A stretch of DNA of 63,693 nucleotides, counting the filler, from Craspedostauros australis (taxonomy: Eukaryota), in the NCBI GenBank assembly GCA_030167865.1. It is 13 parts of 13 records of this genome, joined end to end, with 100 filler letters (N's around TTAATTAATTAA, not from the genome) between each part and the next. Parts side by side here need not be neighbours in the genome. Positions count along the whole stretch, not along the records: positions 20,967 to 30,403 come from JALAGF010003793.1; positions 30,504 to 38,309 come from JALAGF010003794.1; 11 more parts are not named here. One strand, 5' to 3'. Below are positions 23,162-36,026 of the stretch, piece by piece. Position 1 is the stretch's first letter, and every line of letters starts with the position of its first letter. The translations under genes were made by a program, and so were the position numbers. The notes under the pieces are model-generated. The model was not told the origin of the DNA. It was given only the letters and a program-made list of their open reading frames with translations, and did no database searches.

Positions 23162-24817
23162 TCATTTCGACGGAAAATACTTGCCAGGATTCAGTATGTT
23201 CCGCTCGTCGAAGACGCGCTTCATCCGCAGCATCATCTCCAACGTTGCCGCTTTCCCTTCATCTGCGCCGTACACTTGGTGCATATAATCATTCTTGCAC
23301 TGTCCCAACCCGTGTTCGGCAGAAATAGAGCCACCAAACTCCAGCGCTTTCTCGAAGATGTACGGCTCAAGAAGATTCAACAAGCCAATTTCCTTTTCGA
23401 ATACGCCCGGCATCACGATGTTGGTGTGGATGTTTCCGTCCACCACGTGTCCCCAATTGACGACTTCGACGGGGTCATTCCAATTGGCCTCCAAGTACAT
23501 TCGCATGTGATCCACGAAGTCTTGGAACTGCGGGATCGGCAACGAGAGATCGTATTTGTACACGTATCCGAGCGATGCAACCGTGGGCGAACACAGTTCG
23601 CGCAAGTGCCAGCATTCCTCCGCCTGCTGCAGATCCTGAGCCAAGATCCCATCATCGATCCTGTCGTCGTGCTTCTCCAAGAATTTCTCCATCTTCTCCA
23701 TATCGTGCTCGGCGTTGGATCCATGCGTTTCCAACAAGACAGTGAATGGCGCGTCGATGCTGGGGAGGCGTTTGTCACCGTGCTCCTGCAGCACCATTTC
23801 CACTATGCCCTTGTCCATGTACTCGAATGCTGCCAGTATGTCATTCAGTTCCGATTTGGCCGATTGCAGCAGCGCCACCACGTCCGCGTAGGTTCGACAT
23901 GACAGCAGCAAGACTTGCCGGCTGGCAGGATAGTGGCGCGGGCAGTGCAGCGCCACCTTGGTGACGACGCCCAGCGTCCCTTCCGATCCGACGAACAGCT
24001 GCCGCAATTTGTAGCCTGTGTTATTCTTCATGTTCAGATTCATCATGTCGAGGACGGTGCCATCCGCCAGCACGGCTTCCAAACCCAGGATGTTGGCCTG
24101 CAGGCTGCCGTACCTCCAGTAGTAGCTCCCGCCCGCATTCGTAGCGACGGTGCCGCCGATGCAGCAGCTGCCTTTGCTGCCAAGATCCAAGGGCAGCACG
24201 AGCCCAGCATGGGATCGCGCGTAGTCTTGCAGGTCCTGCACGATGCATCCCGCATCGCACACCAACACGGAGGCGTTGTGGATGCCGTGGATGCGATTCA
24301 GCTTGGTGAGGTTGAGAACGATCTGCGGCGTTGCATGTTGGGCAGGTACGCTGCCGCCAACCAGGCCCGTGTTGCCGCTCTGCGGTGTCACGCCGATGCG
24401 GTGCTCATGGCAGTACTTCAGTATGGACGACACCTGCTGCGTCGACGTGGGGAACACGACAGCGAGCGCATCGCCGCGATATTGCTGCAACCAATCGGTT
24501 GTGTAGGATTCCATGCCATCAGGATCGGTGAGGATGAGGCTGCTGGTGTCGCCGTTCGTGCTGACACTTGCGGCATTGGTATCGCGGCTGGAATTCAGCA
24601 GGCCCGTCAAAGACTCGATTATTTGCTGTCGCTGCTGTGGAACCAATGATGATGATGATGATGGATCTGGTGCTGAACCTGCTGTTGTCGTGGCGTGACG
24701 GGAGGTCCTACCTGCGCGTGTGATTCGACATGACTGCTGAAATGGAATGGACGTTGATGAATGCAAACGACATCTCGCATGACGTGCGAACAGATCGATG
24801 AATTTGCGGCGTACCAT
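23162..24817 (-). CDS. D2HGDH: D-2-hydroxyglutarate dehydrogenase-like FAD-linked oxidase, probably mitochondrial
   Basis: PQSGNTGLVGGSVP, PLDLGSKGSCCIGGTVATNAGG, KNNTGY, FVGSEGTLGVVT, YKYDLSLP, WGHVVDGNIH, GSISAEHGLG and ILNPGK; Arg/Ser-rich N-terminus; first ATG at 24817. Confidence 0.93.
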   Translation of the reverse strand: MVRRKFIDLFARHARCRLHSSTSIPFQQSCRITRAGRTSRHATTTAGSAPDPSSSSSLVPQQRQQIIESLTGLLNSSRDTNAASVSTNGDTSSLILTDPDGMESYTTDWLQQYRGDALAVVFPTSTQQVSSILKYCHEHRIGVTPQSGNTGLVGGSVPAQHATPQIVLNLTKLNRIHGIHNASVLVCDAGCIVQDLQDYARSHAGLVLPLDLGSKGSCCIGGTVATNAGGSYYWRYGSLQANILGLEAVLADGTVLDMMNLNMKNNTGYKLRQLFVGSEGTLGVVTKVALHCPRHYPASRQVLLLSCRTYADVVALLQSAKSELNDILAAFEYMDKGIVEMVLQEHGDKRLPSIDAPFTVLLETHGSNAEHDMEKMEKFLEKHDDRIDDGILAQDLQQAEECWHLRELCSPTVASLGYVYKYDLSLPIPQFQDFVDHMRMYLEANWNDPVEVVNWGHVVDGNIHTNIVMPGVFEKEIGLLNLLEPYIFEKALEFGGSISAEHGLGQCKNDYMHQVYGADEGKAATLEMMLRMKRVFDERNILNPGKYFPSK

Positions 24818-25423
24818 CACTGAATCCAGTTGATGGGAGGTAGGTGGTGTCCTGGTACTCTACTATATCGCTGCCTTCTCTATCGTTCTTGAGTTGTGAT
24901 GGGTGTTGGTTGTATGGCGGGGCAATGCTGATGGGTGTGTGCGTGTGCGTGCGCTGACGCTTTGGGAGATCTTTGCCCACTTTGGCGAATTGCGCGAGTT
25001 CGCTGATGCCCAATTCTCTGGAACACCATAGAACAAATTTCAGAGACAGAGTAGTCGAATGGATCACAGCGACGAACGGTTGCAAAAAAAACGGAAAGAC
25101 GGAATGACCGACCAGGTCTTTTCGGCTCGCATGTCTGGCAACAAGGAGTTTCTCGGCCATTCTGCTCATCTGTTGCTCCAACAACAAAACACGCACGGCA
25201 CGGGACAAAAAGTCAACAGCAATCCATCAGAGGAAGGATCCTCGACTCGCTTTCGTCTCATCTCATCTCACCTGACTTCGCTGCCGCTGCATCCGGCACC
25301 ACGTACTCTATCACATTGCATTCTGGAGTACATACTACTCTACGAGACCGGGTATTCTGAACCTTCACTACGCAACATATCCAATTGCTATCCGACGACT
25401 GCAAGCATCAGATCCATCGCAAC

Positions 25424-26335
25424 ATGGGGCGTCGAACAACGATGAAGAAGCCAGCTGCGGGGGTATCGCGCAACTCGGTTGTGATCGTGGCACTGATCCT
25501 CTTCGCCGCAGTGCTCGTAACACAACTCCAGTCCGCCAACTTCACAAACGACATCGCCGCGGTCGATCGAGCAGCCTCCTCCATACGTGCTACCCAAGAT
25601 GCAGTCGCAAAGGTAGCGCCGCCCAAGACACAAGCAACTCGATGCCAACGGACGCTGCCAGCACATCTCCACAAGGCGCAATCGGAAGAAGACAAGATGC
25701 TCCTAAAATGGTTTAAAAATTTCTGCGGGGGCACCTACATTGAGATGGGAGGTCTGGACGGCGTTGAGTTCAGCAACTCTCACGTCTTCAACAAAGGACT
25801 GGGTTGGAAGGGCGTGCTCGTCGAAGCTGACCCTCGCAGCTACAAGCAACTGGTGATCAATCGTCCCAACGAAATCGCCACCGTTCACGCAGGCGTCTGC
25901 TTGGACGAGAAGGATCTGCACTACGTACTCAGTGGAGGTCATGCCGCTGTCTCCGGCTTCTTGGAATTCGCGACCAAAGAGTTCAAGAACATGCACTGGA
26001 CGCAACAAGTCATCGATAAGGCCCTCATCGTGAAGTGCCGCCGGCTGGACAAGATCCTACAGGAGACCGTGGGCAAGTCGTTCTATTTCGACTTCTTCTC
26101 GTTGGATATTGAAGGCGCCGAGCTGCTGGCGTTACAGTCCCTCAACTTCGATGAGTACCAATTCGGCATCATTGTCGTCGAGGCGGACGGAAAAAGCAAA
26201 CTCAAGGATGATTCCATCAAGGCTCTTCTGGGACGTTCCGGGTATGACTTCATTCACAACATCAATCGATCGAACTGGTTCATCAACAAGAACTTCGATC
26301 TCATCTACCAAGATGTCGTGTACGAGAACCCGTAG
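25424..26335 (+). CDS. FkbM-family (Methyltransf_21) SAM methyltransferase with N-terminal membrane anchor
   Basis: GTYIEMGGLDGVEFSNS, GWKGVLVEA, FDFFSLDIEGAEL and FGIIVVE; hydrophobic VVIVALILFAAVLV after basic residues. Confidence 0.92.
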   Translation: MGRRTTMKKPAAGVSRNSVVIVALILFAAVLVTQLQSANFTNDIAAVDRAASSIRATQDAVAKVAPPKTQATRCQRTLPAHLHKAQSEEDKMLLKWFKNFCGGTYIEMGGLDGVEFSNSHVFNKGLGWKGVLVEADPRSYKQLVINRPNEIATVHAGVCLDEKDLHYVLSGGHAAVSGFLEFATKEFKNMHWTQQVIDKALIVKCRRLDKILQETVGKSFYFDFFSLDIEGAELLALQSLNFDEYQFGIIVVEADGKSKLKDDSIKALLGRSGYDFIHNINRSNWFINKNFDLIYQDVVYENP

Positions 26336-27982
26336 GACACAATATGACCCGCTGCAGCGAAAGGTTACACCAAAGCCGGCGCCGCATCACGGATCGGGTA
26401 TCTAACCACACATCATACCTTCCACCTCACTCACTCGGCAAAGCGATAGCACTACGACCTGCAGATGACGGAAAATGCGTCGCGCGATAACGCTAGTTGT
26501 ACAGCCTGCGCGAAATGTAAAATGGGGTCACGATGGCACTAGTTGTAGAGTTTTGGCCCCTTGTTGCCACTGGTTTGCTTGCTTTTGGGAGCAACGGCGA
26601 TTGTACATTTAGAGCTATTTTGTGTTTCGTCTCTCTGATCCGTCTCCTACGTCACAGGGGACGGATTCTACGTTATGCAAAACGAGTCACAACAGAGTAA
26701 GAGACATTGTGTGACTCTTCCTCCCCAAGACAACATGATGACTGCACGCAGCAACACCAGAATGCGCCACGCCCTGACAGCCAACAGCAGTCCGCATTGA
26801 CCGATCTCACAGTGGAAGCCAACAGAATCCAATCGTCTCGGAATTCGACGAAGGGCATCGGCGATCTGTATGACGCAGACGAAACAGCAGCAGCACAAGC
26901 TGCTGCTGCTGATGCCAGTGCTGACCATCCCAAATGCAGAGGCACATCCTTCCTCACCATCAATCCAAGCGACATCAATATCGTCAACGATGACGAGCTG
27001 GATACCAGTGCTGCGAATAGTTGCGAACTGCCAGAGGTACCAGCGCAACGCTATATATCTCTAACAGTAGTGACACCCGTCGACCAATCAGAAATTTCCA
27101 CATTTCTTACTTTTTCCGTTCCAAACGGAAATTCTGGTCAAAATTCCATTGTGTCAATTTTGCGTCACATTTCGGGTCGCAAGAACAGTTTTCCCGTCAA
27201 TCCCAGTTCCAACATGTCGCGGAAATGAATTTCTTGCCAAGATGAACCACTCTGTCCAATCAGGACAGACTTCGGTCTTGGGTCCAATAAATATGGAACC
27301 GTCCCCAACCTTCTCAAGTGAATACAATCAATCGTGCAATCGTTCGACTCGCAACATCGTGAGGAGTTGCACCCTACAACATGGCGTATCGCAGTGTTTG
27401 TTTTCTGACTTTTGCAAATCTGAACCCACGCAGAAACACGCACATTTGTCGTGTTATCTCCGTGCTATATTCTATCTGCAATCGCATGAGACCTGCAAGT
27501 TTCCTCTTATGCTCACAGTTCCAAGATCTCAATCTTTGGAGCTTGTCAACATCCTTCCATACGAATAATCACAATAATCAAACAATCTCCTCACCAACAA
27601 CAACGATCTGATCACTCTACGTTTTCGGTGTGGTACCCTACGACCCATCTTCGATTTCGTTCTAACAAGAGGGGATGGATGCCAACAGCATCCAAGAATT
27701 GACCCTCTGCAACACGTTCCGTGGTTCCGCGAACTACACAGTCCTTCGTCGATGCCAATGCTGTCAATTTGCGATGGGCATGTTGCATATTACCCACCGG
27801 GCAATTAGTAGCGATCCTTTTGCTCTGTTGCTTGTGCGAAGCGGACAGTGGACTGCCATGTGCCGCGCCACAATGCCAATGCACCACCATGCACCACAAT
27901 GCAATAGAATCTGACGCCTTGGTACCCACCCCTTCCTCTTCATCGTTGCTTTGCAAACGAAAACACAACCATACAAACACGT

Positions 27983-28387
27983 ACTTTCGCATCATCCGAA
28001 TCGACGCAATGATTCGAGTAGATGATGATCTCATCAAGGCAACACGGAGAGACAACTGGGTGGATCCATCTTTGGTCATCACACCAAAGACTCAAGATTT
28101 CATGAAGACGATCGAATCCTCAGTCCGTTTCAGCAGTTTGGTGGAAGATACCGATGGCACGAATGAAGTCATCATCCTCAGTCGGATATGGAGCCGTCCT
28201 TGCCAGCCACTACCCTGATAGCTTCCAAGAGTTATTCAAATATCTCATGATGTGTGCCAATGCAAATGTCGTGCAGCCAATCGTGCCACCACTCGCAAAT
28301 CGTGCCAACATTGCGGCTGCCCTCCTCAAGGCCTCGTGGATGGAAATCACGTCCGACACACCCAAAGATTGTAAGTTGAGATCCTGA
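27983..28387 (-). pseudogene. Unidentified coding relic (exon with two in-frame stops)
   Basis: Protein-like frame QDLNLQSLGV...WKLSG*WLART...AETD*GFDRLHEILSLW...SDDAK ending at a GTACGT donor-like site. Confidence 0.3.
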
Positions 28388-28518
28388 GAGATTTCAATTC
28401 TGTTTCAGATGCCACTGCCTTGCCATTGCGGAGATTGCCTTCATCGCGTGAAGTGGGGCGATTCGAGATGTCAACTGCTCTCCCATTCTATTTTCGAGAT
28501 TTTGGCACTCTTCAGTTG

Positions 28519-29262
28519 AAGTTCATCTAAAGAACAGACTACTTTTCACTCAGTGTGTTCCTTGTCGCACCATGAAATTATTTTGGCTCAAAATTTGGCG
28601 CGGAACCTCCCACCAACAAATACAGAACAATTCCTCTTTTCCCTCCTTCTCCCACTTTCACTCATGAATCACCACTGACTCAAACACTACTTGAGTCAAT
28701 GGGATCAAGGCATCCCCGGAACTATATGCTCTTCTGAACTCTTGCGATGCAGTCAACCTGAATTCCATTGTCAGCTATGCCAGCTGACAACCCTGCACGA
28801 CAATAGCCAGGAGATCCTCCCTGCTTCAATACATGCAGGGAATCCTACATCAATTCCCTTGGCTAGACAACCTGTGTTCTTGATCTCAACTTCAATCAAG
28901 GTGTCAAGGCTTTGCACTCGAACGTAGAATGACTATGATGAGATAGTGGAGAAAGAGAGAAAGAGAGGACCCGTCCGCTCTCAGCACTGAACCTCCAAAG
29001 GTCAGTGCAGAGCCGCACTACTCAACTGATTATCGTTTCTTCATCCTCCATCTCAAACTGATCAACTCACAATGCAGACTATTCAAATAACAAATAGCAC
29101 AACTCAAGATCAGCACAACAACACTAATCTACTTCATTGTCATTCACTACTAATCCCCAGACGGTCGCCCCAAGTTGACTTCATCATCAGATTCTTCGAA
29201 TCTGGCAGTCAACTAGGCCATCCTTTCCGGATCGTGTCACAACAGTACACGAAAATCTAACT
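28519..29262. repeat. Dispersed repeat family A, copy 1 (non-coding, probably transposon-derived)
   Basis: Colinear with 46982-47728 (aagttcatctaaagaacagactacttt ... ttccggatcgtgtcacaac). Confidence 0.9.
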
Positions 29263-30503
29263 TCTTCCATTCACTTCTTCAGTTGTGCCGCATGTTCCCT
29301 TGCTTTCCTTTCTCACAAATCTCCCATGACTCAACTGCGCAACTGCACAACTCCATCACCATGGGTTCCAAACACCTCATACCAAGGTTGGGATCCTCAA
29401 GCGGAGACTGAAGGAAGCGCGGCAGGAGGACCACATTGCCAACGAGGTCCATCTGGCAGCAGAAGCGAGGTATCGCATGGTCGCGCAAGATCGGGATGTT
29501 CATCGACTGCTCGCTTGCGATTCCAGTTCGCTTGAGCACTGAAAGCCAGAACCAATATCTTCACGACAAGCTTGCTGGCAAGGAACTCATGTGAGAAATT
29601 TTGGGACTACTGAGAGGTCGATTCACTCTTCGCAGATCACCGCGTGATCATGTTGATGCCAGAACTTCCAACCAATCCAGAGATTGCGACATCGCCACGG
29701 ACAGCAGCGGAGAGGAGGAAGACGATGACATCAGTGACAATACAAGCGAACAAAGCCTTTCGGGTGACATCGCTGATGTTGACATTGACGATGATGAAAG
29801 TCACATCGATAATGGAGACATCAGAAGCTTGCAGGACGGAAGTGAGATGGACCAGAGATCCCATAAAATGGACACGAATAATATCCACAAGGAGAAAACC
29901 CTTGCGTCAGGGCGCAACCCGTGTTTTTTAACCCACGTAGAATCCAATCGAATTTTCTTTTTAGACTAATGCGACTGGTCGGTCCAATTCTTCCTCTCCC
30001 AGCACACTCCAGTTCGCTCTGGTTCCCTCTTGTTTTGGGTGTTGCGACCGTTGGCTTTTCTGCTCTGTTGAGTATCGTCGACATGCGGCTTTCCGATGCC
30101 GAAGTTGACGTCTGTGTGTTTGTTGGTGTTGGCTTGCATGTTGTATTCACATCTTCTGCACAACCAAAGACTTTCAGCTGGCTCTTCTCCTTGTCAACCA
30201 ACATCTACCTACATGCAAACATGGACTCTCTCTTAGAAGCGATTTCTGGCGTAGAATCCGCCAACGTCGTCGACGTCCCGATGCTTTCCGAGGCTGGTGG
30301 GTTGGATGATGGTGACGACGCAGCTCCTGAGCCTGGGTCCGCTCATGCCACAGGCAGATCCCCTGAGGCATGGGATGCCAACTTGGATACTGCCAATGTT
30401 GGANNNNNNNNNNNNNNNNNNNNNNNNNNNNNNNNNNNNNNNNNNNNTTAATTAATTAANNNNNNNNNNNNNNNNNNNNNNNNNNNNNNNNNNNNNNNNN
30501 NNN

Positions 30504-31404
30504 CACAGGATCAGTTACCACCAACTTCGAGGTGTTTGTCTGCAAGCAGGCATTCAAGTTCAACGCTGCCCACTTCGTTGCCTTCAGGGGATTCCGCGAG
30601 GCCTTGCACGGTCACAACTACGCCGTCTCCGTGCGACTCCTGGGAGCACGGAATATCTCCCATGACGGATATTTGATCGATTTCGGCGATGTCAAGCAAT
30701 CCGTCAAGCGCATCTGCAAGAGATTGAACGAGAATTTTCTCTGCCCCATGTACTCTGACGTCATGAAAGTCAACGTGGATGAAGGAGTTGATGGCGGGCA
30801 TGCCACCGTCTCGCTAGAGTGCGAAGATGGTGCCAAGTTCCTCTTCCCCAAGGCCGATTGCGCCATGTTGCCGATCGTTCATGCCACGACCGAAGAACTA
30901 TCCATCTATCTTTGGAGCGAGCTCTTGGCCGACATGGACCATAAGTACCTTCTGCAACGCGGACTTCATACCATGGAAGTCAGCGTGGCGGAAGCGCCCG
31001 GTCAAGAATCCGTCTTTCGTTTGGGCTTGCCAAAGACTCTCGATCATGGACGCGTCACGTTGGACGTTCGAACCTTCATCCAGCAGGGCAAGATCGTTCC
31101 AAAGCCGTGCGAGGTGGAACCGTCGTCTACACCCAAGGTCGGTGCTGTCACCGTTGAAAAGGTGGACGAGAAGAAAGAAGAACCAGAGGCCGTGCCATCG
31201 CCAATGTCGACGGTGAAGACATGCGAAGGTGGCGATGGTTGTGTCTCGTGCAAGATCTCATTCTCAAAGCAGCTCGAGAAGCTCGTGCTTGCGATTAACA
31301 CCAACCAGCTGTGCCTGCCAACATCCGACAACGCCAAGGCCGTATCCATCGAGGATCTTCAAACAGCAATCGAGAAGCAGAACAACTCGATCATGAGTCA
31401 GTAG
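30504..31404 (+). CDS. PTPS-III, 5'-partial copy on an overlapping contig
   Basis: 30504-31801 is the reverse complement of 20967-22264 (1298 bp). Confidence 0.93.
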
Positions 31405-32264
31405 GGCTCCTGAATTGGGATTGACAGCATGATGATGATGATGATGGCCATGCTGCGCGGGAAGAACGCCTGTGGAGTGCAGCCTTGGTCACTCATGAAT
31501 ACCACATAGGTACATGTCCACATCAGTGAATAAATGAGAAGTTTATGAAATCGGTGTAGAGTAGGCTAGCTCGCGCAAACGAGTACTATGGTGTTGTAGA
31601 TAGGTTTCGTTGGCTGGGGACCTCAGCGACAGGGAGGCAAGGGACTGCCTACCAGCGCAACAATGGCGCTGTGCTCGGTGCGAAACTGTCATGGGTCGAT
31701 GTCCTCATCTCCACGTTCATCAACACAAACAAAGAAACAAACAAACAAGTCCGAACCGAAAACATGAAAGGCCGCCAAACGCCCTCCCGACATGTATCGA
31801 ACGAAGGACATTGCTCTCTCTCTCTTTAACACTTGAACAAGAGAAGCCAAGGTAACATCAAAGTGAAGCAACAGGCGATACGAGTACTAGCACAACCACC
31901 ATCCTAAAGCCGCGACTACGATTTATCATGGCATTCAGGCAACCAGCCAGACAACCCGAACAGCTGTGGCGAACAAGCCCCCATGGGCTGTCCCACAGTG
32001 GGAACACCCAACATGTTTGGAGAAGTCTCGACATTCACAAACGACAAAAAGCATGACCAAAACTGGCGGAACGGCCACACAAGATTCCTGGTGGAGGCGC
32101 TGTGGTCGCAATCTGTCTCTCTCCATCCCACAACATCACGCCAACTTCACAGTTCCGACAACACCCGCGGCAACACCTCGACAACACTTCAAAAGCTTAC
32201 AACAATCACAGAAGCAATCACAGAAGCAAACACAGAACAGCACTGCATCCATTCTACGTCGACA

Positions 32265-35200
32265 ATGTCAACAGAGTCAAACGTAGCAACGCACCTCGCG
32301 TTCGACAAGGTCGGTCTGGTGGGGCGGGACAAAGAGATCCGCATCCTGCGCCATGCTATCCAAAAAGCGTCCGCCAAGGTCAGGAAGCCAGCGTCTTTCG
32401 GCCAACAGTCTGCACCCGGCGACGCCAAGGCATCAATCGCCGCATTTGGCCAAAGCGCCACCGACAGCAGCAGCAGCAGCAGCAGCAGCGACAACGGCAG
32501 CAGCAAGAGCCATGCAAAGACGGAGAATCCATCACCACTGCGAGCTGCAGCACAAGTGCCAACATCAGCCGCAGTCCAAAACCATACCCGGTCATTGGTG
32601 CTGATCTCTGGTCAATCAGGAAGCGGCAAGTCAGCTCACGTCCGACATGTGCGAGAGAGTCTGTTGGCTCCGGCAGCGGCAGCATCGGAAAACTCAGATC
32701 CAGGTACCCAATCTTGCATGCCACCGATGGGGAAACACCCTTTCGTGGCTTCTTCGCAACCAGTAAATGCGAACTGGCTTCCAAGAAGGAGAGCGTCCCC
32801 TACGCCGGACTCCAGCAAGCCATGATGGAACTGTGCTAGCAAGTGGCCAACAGGGCCAATGCAGAAATGAAAGCCTCGGCAGGACATCAAGCACGAAACC
32901 AGGGCTCCGAATTCAAGAAACGGACGCTCGCATCGTTAGTGTCGAAAGGATTGACAGCAGTGGATCCGCAGCTGCTCTCCAGTGTCATTCCAAATATCGA
33001 GACCATCATGGCTCTGAGAACGTCCCGCCAATCCGCTGGCGGAATGAATCTCGGGACCGTAGTATCTTCGCCACCATCACTGCATGACGTTTCTGATGCT
33101 TCCATCTCTGCCTCAACCTTCAGCCGTCTAGCGGGCGGATGATCTTCCGTCAACTACAAGAGCCACACACAACGAATCACCTACGTACTACGCAGGTTCA
33201 TGCAGATACTCTGCAGCTACTGTCCAGTCGTGATAGTCATCGATGATCTGCAGTGGGCCGATCGAGCATCACTGGGCCTCATCCAATCCTGGTTGGTGGA
33301 CAGCTGCAGTGCCTCATCGACCATCATCGGCCTGTATCGCTCCAACATGCTGGATGTGAATCAGGCTCTCAAGGCGACGCTGGTATCATTGGAAGAATCG
33401 AAGCGAGAGAGATCCATTCGGATCATCAAGCTCACTGTTGAGGACTTGAGCGTGGATGAAGTGGCTGCGTATCTACAGCGACTCTTTCAGGTATCTTCGC
33501 ATCAGGAAGCTGAAGGTGATCATCCCGATCATTCCGAAGCTGAACCATCGCTTGCGCACTTGATGCCGCTGGCAGAGATCGTGCACGAGAAGACGGCTGG
33601 CAACATGTTCTTCATCCAGCAGTACCTTGACTCACTCGTCACGGACGGTCTCATCACCCAGAATCATCTGCCAACACCGCCGACGCCGCCCGCAACAGCA
33701 GCGGCGACACTCCCAGAAGTGTCAGGAGTCACGAATGACGCCAGCCATGCGGCAGCATGGGCCTGGGATGTCAACGAGATCACCTGCAGATCTGCGGCTG
33801 CGGGCGACAACATCCTGGACCTAGTGAAGATGAGACTCCAAAAGTCCGCCTCCACGCACTGGGTACTATCCATCGCGGCCTGCCTCGGAGCCACGTTCTC
33901 TACTTCGCACGTCTGCGCAGTCATCACGGGCCTCTTCATCCACTCCAGCCACTCCAAGTTCTTCCGCGAGGTGTTCCAACTCACCAAGATCGTCAAGGAG
34001 GATGAGATCATCGCCATGCTCCAGACATTCTTCACGGAAGGGCTGCTCGAGAAAGTCAAAATGTTTCATCACCAAAGCTCCACGTTGGCCGATAGGGGTT
34101 CCCAACAGACGCCCAGCACGAAAACGAGCACGCGGGCACGACGGGTCAAGTCCGTGCGATACGCCTTCATCCATGACAAGGTCCAAGAAGCCGCGCTGTC
34201 CATGATACCCACAGAAGACCAGCTCGCAGAGCTCAAGTATCGAGTTGGAGAGATCCTGCTGTACGCGCTATCTGAGAATCAGCTCGACAAGAAGATCTTC
34301 ATGATCGCGAACCTCCTCAACACGAGGCCCGATCTCATGCCCAGCCACCGGAAGCTGGACCGTCGCATGAAGATCAGCATGCTCAACCACAAGGCTGGGC
34401 AGAAGGCCGCGAATGCGTCTGCCTTCCATCTAGCATCTTCGTACTTCGCCATGGCGATCGATCTCCTTCCCGATGATCACTGGGAGACATTGATGGAGGA
34501 GAGCCTGGAGCTGTACTCATCAGCAGCGGAGAGCCATTTCGTGACTGCCAGCTTCGCTAAGGCACGATCGTACTGCAAGACCGTCGTCAATCAGGACTGC
34601 GACATACTGAGCAAGGTCCGTGCGCATCATGTCTTGGTCGACATATCGTTATCGGAGACAGAGACGACCGAGGAAGAAGGGGCTGCGGAGATGCATCTGG
34701 ACCTGCTGTCGCAGCTTGGCCGCAATCTTCCTTCTTCAACCTTCGGTCGGGTGGTGTACGTGCTTCGGGGCATGATGGCAACCAAGGGAACCCTTCGACA
34801 GTTGGAAAGGAACATGATCGACACGCTGTCAGTGTCCAGCGACGAACATCACAAAGCAGTGATGAAGACACTGAGCAAGCTGAGTACCGTGGCATACTTG
34901 ACAACACCGAACTTGATGCCTGTTGTCACCGTGAAGGCATTGAGGCGGAGCTTGAAACAAGGAATCACGATGTATTCAGCACCGGCCCTATCCTTCCAGG
35001 GTGCCCTCGATGTGTGTGTACTGGAGCGCTTCGATGTGGCTCACAAGTGTAGAGAGATGGCGCTGAAGATCACCAAGGCATCATATGATCGTAGTTTGGA
35101 CGGCAAGGTCCTGTTCTGCTACCATGTCGGTATTCGTCACTGGACGCACCCATATGAACATGGTACCGACCAACTGTTGGAAGCCTCCAGACTGAGCATG

Positions 35201-36026
35201 TCCATGGGTGATGTGGAAATTGGTGTTTGGTCTCTCTATGGCTCTCTCATCTTTGGCCTGTACACAGGGAAATCGCTGGACTCGCTGGACGAAGATGTGT
35301 TGATTCACAGCGGCACCATGAAGGACTTCCAGCAGAACCTCCAATACCAGCTGACCCTCGTGCTATGGCAGCTTGTCTTGAACCTTCGAGGTGCCTCCAA
35401 CCACACAGCCCAATTGATTGGGGACGCGTACAACGAAAAAGAACGAAGCGTATGAAGCCAACCACCAAATGGCAGACCTACACGTCATGAGTCGTGGTAT
35501 GTCGCAAGTGTGCCTCGCAGCCTACTTTGGCGAGCATGAAATCAGCTCGGAACTTGCGATCAAATCTTGCCTGGATTGGGTCAAGGCGCTACCATCCAGC
35601 TACACTCTGCCTCCGGGGCTGTTCCATAGTGCGCTCTGCTGCTTCGGGATGGCACACAAATGCAAACCATCCTACTACACCAAGCACGCCCGCACATTCT
35701 TGAAGATCCTGAAGAGGTGGGCCAAGAAGGGCAATCCGAATTGCATCCCGTACATCGCTTTGCTGGATGCGGAAAAGTACTCTCTGAAGAAACAAGACAA
35801 GAAAGCAATCGAGCAATACGAAGAGGCCATCCAAATGACGCGGCGACAGGTGCGCATTCATGACCAGGCCCTTGCGAACGAGAGATACTCTGCTTTCTAT
35901 GCTCGCAGAGGCAACATAGAGAAGGCGAAGGCGCATCTGGAGGAGTCCATCAATCTATATAGACGGTGGGGCGCGAACAAGAAGGTCGAAATGCTGTTGC
36001 GACAGCACAAGTCGGATTGTGCATAG
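32265..36026 (+). pseudogene. STAND/AAA_16 ATPase of the COG3899 type with helical C-terminus, disrupted
   Basis: LVGRDKE, Walker A SGQSGSGKS, Walker B VIVIDDLQWAD, TAGNMFF, FIHDKVQEAA, ALANER and YRRWGA..K. Frameshifts near 32700 and 35440; in-frame stops at 32837-32839 and 33140-33142. Confidence 0.88.

Noticed and set aside
22898..24649. Long plus-strand ORFs opposite D2HGDH (similar cases at 6728-7510, 12704-13396, 41249-42275, 60100-62019)
   Set aside because: They are antisense shadows of codon-biased real genes.
12491..26335. Cofactor biosynthesis cluster (PanK + PTPS + oxidase + methyltransferase)
   Set aside because: PanK and PTPS are separated by a linker, and the linked genes have unrelated pathways and predicted compartments.
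32704..32839. GT...AG intron rescuing the first frameshift and stop of the ATPase
   Set aside because: The donor is phase 1 and the acceptor phase 0, and the segment encodes the family-conserved FFATSKCE...PYAGL block.
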